From the NCBI GenBank assembly GCA_030295235.1, contig AP026144.1:806001-870000 (forward strand): a stretch of 64,000 nt of DNA, given 5' to 3'. The stretch is from Fistulifera solaris (taxonomy: Eukaryota). This document shows, in pieces, positions 58,265-64,000 of this stretch (its first letter is position 1; each line of letters starts with the position of its first letter). The notes below the pieces were generated by a model. The model saw only the letters and a program-made list of their open reading frames with translations, ran no database searches and was not told where the DNA came from. A program made the translations under genes and the position numbers.

Positions 58265-59386
58265 ATGACATCGCTTCTTAATAATGCTTTCTCTCTCATC
58301 AAACAATCGTCTTCTTTCGTAATACTAATAAGAATACGAAGACAATCGTGTCATCGCTCGAGGAGGATGATGATTAGTACGCAAGCGCAATTGTATCGCG
58401 TTCTGATACGACAATGTCGTGCTTGGGAGTCCAAGGAGATGGTGTGGTTGCAACCACCGATTGATCCACATACTGCCGGAAGTGCTCGTTTGTGGTTTTC
58501 GAAAAAGAAGAAGGATGACGACAACGACAACGACGATGTACCAGCCGTGTATCAGTGGTTTGTGCAACAACAGCCATCATCATCATCATCATCATCATCT
58601 TCGTCCGACGAATGGCAAGCATGGTATTCCGAGGTAATCAAACATCATTATAAGTTGTTGCAAAAGAGAAAAGTACCAAACAAACATGATTTCGCAGCAT
58701 CGTTGAATGACTCATCCTCTGATTCTGATGATTCCGACGACTCGGACGCTGAAGAAGAAGAAGAAGAAGAAGAAGAAGAGTTTGATCGTTCCTTGTGGAC
58801 AAAGGTGGAGACACTCCAACACGCCATTCGTACCGCATTTCGGCATTCTTCACCACAGTATGCACCACTCGCGTTGATAGCCTTTCGACAATTACGACAG
58901 CAGTGGTATCAACAACAATTATTCACCAGTATTCATATGGCGTACGGTCTGCGGATCAGTGTTTTGTCACAGTACATTGGTCGTTCCTTGGAACACAAGT
59001 ACCGCTTTGCGTATCGTGTCCGCATCGAACGTTTGGATCCAGACACGGCGGTGCAATTGTTGGGTCGCACGTGGCATATCACCGAAGCAAACAACAACAA
59101 CAACAATGACAAACGCACGGTCGTCGTTGATGCCCCCACGACGGGTGCCGTCGGACAATTGCCCGTGTTGGAACCGCACAGTTGCTTTGAATACGTCAGT
59201 GGTGCCGAACTGTTCTCAACAAAAGGTCAAATGAGTGGATGGTTTCATTTTGCTCCCGTTCCCCGAGGGACACCCAGTGCCATTGTGGGAATGTCCGTCT
59301 TGGCCTTGAGTTCCATGGACAAATTTGCAGTCGAAATCAAACCATTTACTTTGCGTGTCGATGATGATGATGATCGTACTTGGTAG
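58265..59386 (+). CDS. ApaG (DUF525)-domain protein with N-terminal LYR-like motif, probably mitochondrial; start uncertain
   Basis: YRFAYRVRIE...VQLLGRTWHI...GAVGQLPVLEP..FEYVSG...GQMSG; LYRVLIR...IRTAFR. Confidence 0.85.
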   Translation: MTSLLNNAFSLIKQSSSFVILIRIRRQSCHRSRRMMISTQAQLYRVLIRQCRAWESKEMVWLQPPIDPHTAGSARLWFSKKKKDDDNDNDDVPAVYQWFVQQQPSSSSSSSSSSDEWQAWYSEVIKHHYKLLQKRKVPNKHDFAASLNDSSSDSDDSDDSDAEEEEEEEEEEFDRSLWTKVETLQHAIRTAFRHSSPQYAPLALIAFRQLRQQWYQQQLFTSIHMAYGLRISVLSQYIGRSLEHKYRFAYRVRIERLDPDTAVQLLGRTWHITEANNNNNNDKRTVVVDAPTTGAVGQLPVLEPHSCFEYVSGAELFSTKGQMSGWFHFAPVPRGTPSAIVGMSVLALSSMDKFAVEIKPFTLRVDDDDDRTW

Positions 59387-59624
59387 TGATGTACGGTGAA
59401 TAGAGAAGAGAAATCGTTTATGCTATACTATGTAAAAGCTATAGGAAAAGGAGATGAGGATAATTGTAATGATGGACGAAATTAAACGGATCAGTACTAG
59501 GTAAGGTTACACACAAAAAAAATAATGTGAACGGAATCCGGTCATTCCTCTACTAGAGTACTAGTTACCGTACCGGTAAGGTCCAAGCAGTATGTATTGT
59601 CATGTTTTTTTGGACGGGCAGCTG

Positions 59625-59672
59625 ATAGACAGACAGACAGACAGACAGACAGGCAGGCAGGCAGACAGACAG
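59625..59672. repeat. Compound microsatellite (AGAC)n(AGGC)n
   Basis: Directly visible. Confidence 0.9.
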
Positions 59673-59919
59673 TCTTTTCTTGTCTTCGCGGTCGTTCGAA
59701 CTTTATTCGTGTAATTCTGGATTGGGTCTATCGACTATACCATTTCAGTGTAGATAGAATGACCTTTGAAATGCCCCAAACAGTCATTATTCATTATCCG
59801 TTCCACCCTTGACCCTTTGCCACAAAACACCAAAAAAGTGCAAATCGAAAAAGACTCTTCTTTCTTTCTTTCTTTCCCTTGATATTCGTCTTCTCTTCAT
59901 TCGTTTTGCCTATTTACAA

Positions 59920-62435
59920 ATGAAATGGCTTATTGTATGGTGTAGTAGTTGTTGTTTCCTCTTAGGGACGCAACACACTGTGCTAGCGCAAACTTCGGGT
60001 GGTGCTACTTTGGATTTTGCGCCTCCTACGGCCAACACTTCCCAGACAGGAGGAGAAGTCCTAGATTTAGAAGATGATGTCTTCAACAACATAACAAATA
60101 TGACGACTCCTTCGACCGCTCCTTTGAGTTCTCCGAATGCGACAGAAACACCGCCGGCTACATCGCCGACAACAACACCTTCTACAGAAGCAGAAGCCGA
60201 CGAAACAGAACCAACGAATGCACCTTCAACGGCGTTTGTGAATGTTTCGCATCCCAACGCCGGGGGCATGACCAATACAGATGGAGAAACCTTTGAAGGC
60301 ATGACATTACGTGAATTGATCATTTCAAGGGAAGAATTGACCCTGTTTCGAGACTTTTTAGATCAAGCTGGATTGCTTGAAACAATCTTGGATGATACGA
60401 CACAACAATTGACTATCTTTGCACCCGACAATCACGCCATGGAGAACAATCGCAACATTCAACTCTACAGTACAGGGCTCGACGAATCACCGCCACGATG
60501 GTATCACACCATCTTGTCGACTTGCCAAAATCACATGGCCGAAAGTCAAATACTCAATTTCGATCAAATCTTTGATCAAGTGCGGACCGAAATCACATCC
60601 ATGCATGATACGTGGCCTGTCAGTCAATTCACACTCCAAGTGGGTGGCGTCGAAATGGAAACGGCCAATTTGGTAGCATCGAACGGGATATTGCACGTCA
60701 CACGTGGAGTCATTGCTCCTCAATTCTATTCCCAAACCTTTGCGCAACTCGAATTGCAAGAAGAATTCGGTCCCGATCATTTGAATCGTATCAGTATGGT
60801 GGATGTTGTCGATAACATTCCCGGAGCCCGACAATTGTTGGCGACGTCCCGTGATACGGGTTTGACCTACGCCGGTTGTCGCATCCGTGCGTTCAATCGA
60901 ATGGGTCTCGATTATTTGCCCCAAACCATCAATGGTGGACAATTCGTCAAGGAAAATGAACTCATGAATGCCTCCTTTGCCGAACAATCCCTTCACAACT
61001 TTGTCGAATATCAACTCATTCCACACAATTACTATCTGCCAGACATTGAGGAAAATTTTGAACAGTTGGTGATGCCAATCAACAAATGCAGTCATATTTG
61101 GATCACCAACCGGGTCGGCAAATTGTGTTTCAATGATGCCTGCATTGTCCGTACGCCTGATCCGCGCTGGTTCCTCGCCAGCAACGGTGTTGGATACGTC
61201 TTGGACAAGTGCATTATTTGTTCCGGCATTGCCATGTTGACCGATTATGCCGCCGAATATTCCAGTCTCAATACCAAAGACGCGGCGCAATTGTTTTGGG
61301 GTACCGAATGGAATTTGCGCAATTTGAGTTTATCGGTGGGAGATGGTGGTCCTTTGACCATGTTTGCGTCCATCAATACCGGCTTTAACTTTTTCACCTT
61401 GGAAGATACGACGCGGTTAAGTACCGACAAGTGGCGTCGGCATTTGTGGGATTTGGCATCGCATTTCTTGACGCAAGGCAAATATACCCGCGATCATTTG
61501 ATCAATATCACCAAATCCAATGGCGGGGCATGGAATTTGACCATGTTGACGGGTGAGAATGTAACGATTGATTTTGATGAAAGCAGGAATATGGTGCTAG
61601 TCGATGGTGGTGATTTGTTTATGCATGACATGCAAGGACAAGATGGGTACGTTTTTTTTTCTTTTATGTCGTGCTCGTATTGGTTTTTCTTTGAAATGGT
61701 GCAATACAACATTCACTAACACATCCATAAACCTCGTATTTCGTATTCAGATTATTGCATTTTACCACTGAAGTACCAAAGCCACGATCCGTGACAAAGA
61801 ACTGCTTCACAATTGTCGAAGACGATCCAGATGAAAGGTTCAGATTGCATTTAGGATATTTGACGTCTCTCTTTTTAGAAGAAGACGTCAAACGGTTGCT
61901 ACCTCTCACGGTCTTTTATGCCCCGAACGAAGCCTGGGAAGGAAAGATGGTTGATTTGATGGAGTTGTCGGAAACGGTTCTGGAAAACATGATCTTCAAA
62001 GAACTTTTGTGGTGTGAACTTTTGGTCGAAATGGCCAACAGCGGTCAACCCATTGAAAGCCACAATGGTCAACTCTGGAATGTAGTGGTGAACGAAGAGG
62101 GTTTCCCTTGCATCAAAACAATACAACAATTGAATGAAACCCATTCCATGGATGCTTGCATCACAAAATGTGACATTCTGGCACGCAATGGTATTGTTCA
62201 CGAAATTGATTCGCTTATTGTGTATCAAAGCTTGGATACACTCGCTCCATTCCCACCGGTGGCGCCCTTTGCCCCGTCAGCTCCATCGCCGCTTTTCGAA
62301 CAACCCATCCAGCGTGACAACATAACAGCTCCTACTTTGGCACCCAGTTCGGCAGCGTGGCGAACAACAACGTCGTCGTCGTCGTGGGGATTGGTATCGT
62401 CTCTACTTGCCGCTATGTTGTGCTATTTCCTCTAG
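59920..62435 (+). CDS. Secreted, probably GPI-anchored multi-fasciclin (FAS1) surface protein, ~803 aa; intron 61647-61750
   Basis: Signal peptide and Thr/Pro stalk. FAS1 H1/H2 motifs LTIFAPDN, ASNGILHV, ASNGVGYV, LTMFASIN, DG|LLHF, LTVFYAPN, ARNGIVHEID. C-terminal SSA followed by a hydrophobic tail. Confidence 0.9.
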
Positions 62436-62551
62436 GCGAGCGGCGAACAAACACTCTCCCCCTTTTTAGGATTGCATATTTATTTCTAGTTTATTTTGTA
62501 TGAGAATCAAACAAACGTACCAAGCCACTGTACTATGACTGTAGTCGCTTT

Positions 62552-63955
62552 TCAGGATCCTGATAGTTGACAGGAAAATGGTGCTCCATGCTTTGACCAG
62601 TCTTGTTGAATAGAATAGACAGACCCAGCAGTAGCTGTGATCATAAAGACGAGAGAAAAGTATGTCAACGCACAGCTCCAATCGAGTGACAGTCTAAATA
62701 ATGCTAATCCGTGTCGCTTTCGCCAAAAGACAGCGGGCAAGAGCAGCGTCAAGGGAACGGATGTAATCGCTCCAATGAAAGACACGAGATCCGAAAAGAA
62801 GGGAATCGCGTTTGATAAAGAGAGCGCCAGACTCTGAGGTGCTCGTTGACGATCGACCAGCTCGTGTCGAATGTTCAAAAATAATTTTTGACTGCCCACG
62901 GCAAAGCCAATACTACCCAAAGCACTGAATTTCCGTAACCAGCTGGTGACGGTCGAGGTTGCTGGTAAACTCATGTCCGTATGTATTTTTGAAGATGCTG
63001 AAAAATGAATGGCATGGATACATTGCACTACCACCACCAACAAGGCCAATAAACTCAATAGACTGGCTGTTCGCCCCAAGCGCGCCATGGTCCGCAGTTG
63101 ACTGACACCCAACATACAGAGACAGGCACACAAACCCGCCATCGGCAAACACAGACGTACAAAAACCGCTTGCAAGGCATGACTCATGACCAAGACATAA
63201 TTCCCCAAAACGAGAAATATGTTGGAGTAGTAAATGATACGAACCATTCTTGTCGCCCTTTTGTGATCAAACAGCGCTTGTGTGAAACCAATAAAGTCAT
63301 GAGTGGCCGTGTCGTGGTGCAATTTTTCTCCCGTACAAGCTGTTAGGGGAAGTAGATCGACCCACTCGGGGTCACTCTGCTGCTGTTGTTGCGATAATAA
63401 ACTCAGGATAGAATTCGCTGTATTCTGATTGATTTCTCGATAGTCAGTGTCATCGGCTATCTTGGATTGAATAACTTCCGACTGGGTGTTCTTTTCCAAG
63501 CAAGCTGTCTTGGCAATTTTACCCTGTTGCAACGATTCCTGATACCATCGATTCTCTAATTCATGTTGCTGTTCGACATCTAATGCGGTCCAATGTAAGA
63601 TCGTTCCCGCATATAGATTGATCGGCAACTGCATTACTAAGAAGAAGAACCCCCAGAAATTCCCCAGTGTGGCAATGTTGCCCGGCAACGCTAACAAACC
63701 CGTCCCCAAACATTCCGCCGTCAACAAAAGAGCACCTTGACCGACATTTAAAAGACGGGATGCATCATTGTTACCTGGTGAATAATTCGAATCGATACTG
63801 AATTCAGAATCATGACGAATCAACACGTTGCTGGTAAGATTCGTGGGCAATAATTGTGTTTGCTCGTTGGTTGTTACATTCGAAGGATGATTTGAGGCGT
63901 TCTTTGTCGGATGATGATCCTTCGGCGGTTCGAATATATCCAGAAGTGATGTCAT
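62552..63955 (-). CDS. AAAP/Aa_trans-family amino-acid transporter, apparently missing internal TM helices
   Basis: LLTAECLGTGLLALP (TM1), NLYAG, GSIGFAVG, AIPFFSDLVSFIGA...LLLP. Confidence 0.85.
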   Translation of the reverse strand: MTSLLDIFEPPKDHHPTKNASNHPSNVTTNEQTQLLPTNLTSNVLIRHDSEFSIDSNYSPGNNDASRLLNVGQGALLLTAECLGTGLLALPGNIATLGNFWGFFFLVMQLPINLYAGTILHWTALDVEQQHELENRWYQESLQQGKIAKTACLEKNTQSEVIQSKIADDTDYREINQNTANSILSLLSQQQQQSDPEWVDLLPLTACTGEKLHHDTATHDFIGFTQALFDHKRATRMVRIIYYSNIFLVLGNYVLVMSHALQAVFVRLCLPMAGLCACLCMLGVSQLRTMARLGRTASLLSLLALLVVVVQCIHAIHFSASSKIHTDMSLPATSTVTSWLRKFSALGSIGFAVGSQKLFLNIRHELVDRQRAPQSLALSLSNAIPFFSDLVSFIGAITSVPLTLLLPAVFWRKRHGLALFRLSLDWSCALTYFSLVFMITATAGSVYSIQQDWSKHGAPFSCQLSGS

Positions 63956-64000
63956 ATGCTTTTGATGCAGCAGGAAGAGATAGAAGGGAAAGATATACGG

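Noticed and set aside
60487..61290. Long antisense ORFs (also 20919-21527, 28541-29194, 56549-57250, 8807-9358)
   Set aside because: They are shadows of well-supported genes on the opposite strand and carry no independent motifs.

Overview
This is eukaryotic nuclear DNA, almost certainly from a diatom. Evidence: gene-dense layout, short GT-AG introns (65-150 nt), bipartite plastid presequences of the ASAF type, RxL propeptide motifs and a SAR-type NEDD8. About 30 genes are reconstructable. They include cytosolic GAPDH (truncated), three tandem secreted 6-Cys peptide genes, a YggC-like kinase with a decayed tail-to-tail paralog, a prolyl-4-hydroxylase-like enzyme, TL29/APX-like, importin-alpha-like, ADP-forming acetate-CoA ligase, a BAHD-like acyltransferase, zinc-finger-less Tma46/ZC3H15, cyclopropane fatty acid synthase, ABC1 kinase, SpoU methyltransferase, Ska1-like, subtilisin, sulfotransferase-like, Sec24, NEDD8, an EHD-like GTPase, LYR-ApaG, a GPI-anchored fasciclin and an amino-acid transporter. 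Many genes carry single-base indels in homopolymers, most likely long-read assembly errors. The best novelty candidates are: (1) a purifying-selected triplet of small secreted disulfide peptides with two conserved RxL-G sites; (2) an unnamed ~60-aa VxF...SVDxYE...EEYxxMA domain shared by four loci within 13 kb; (3) prokaryote-type fermentation and lipid enzymes that carry spliceosomal introns. All family calls come from motif recognition by eye; no database search was run.
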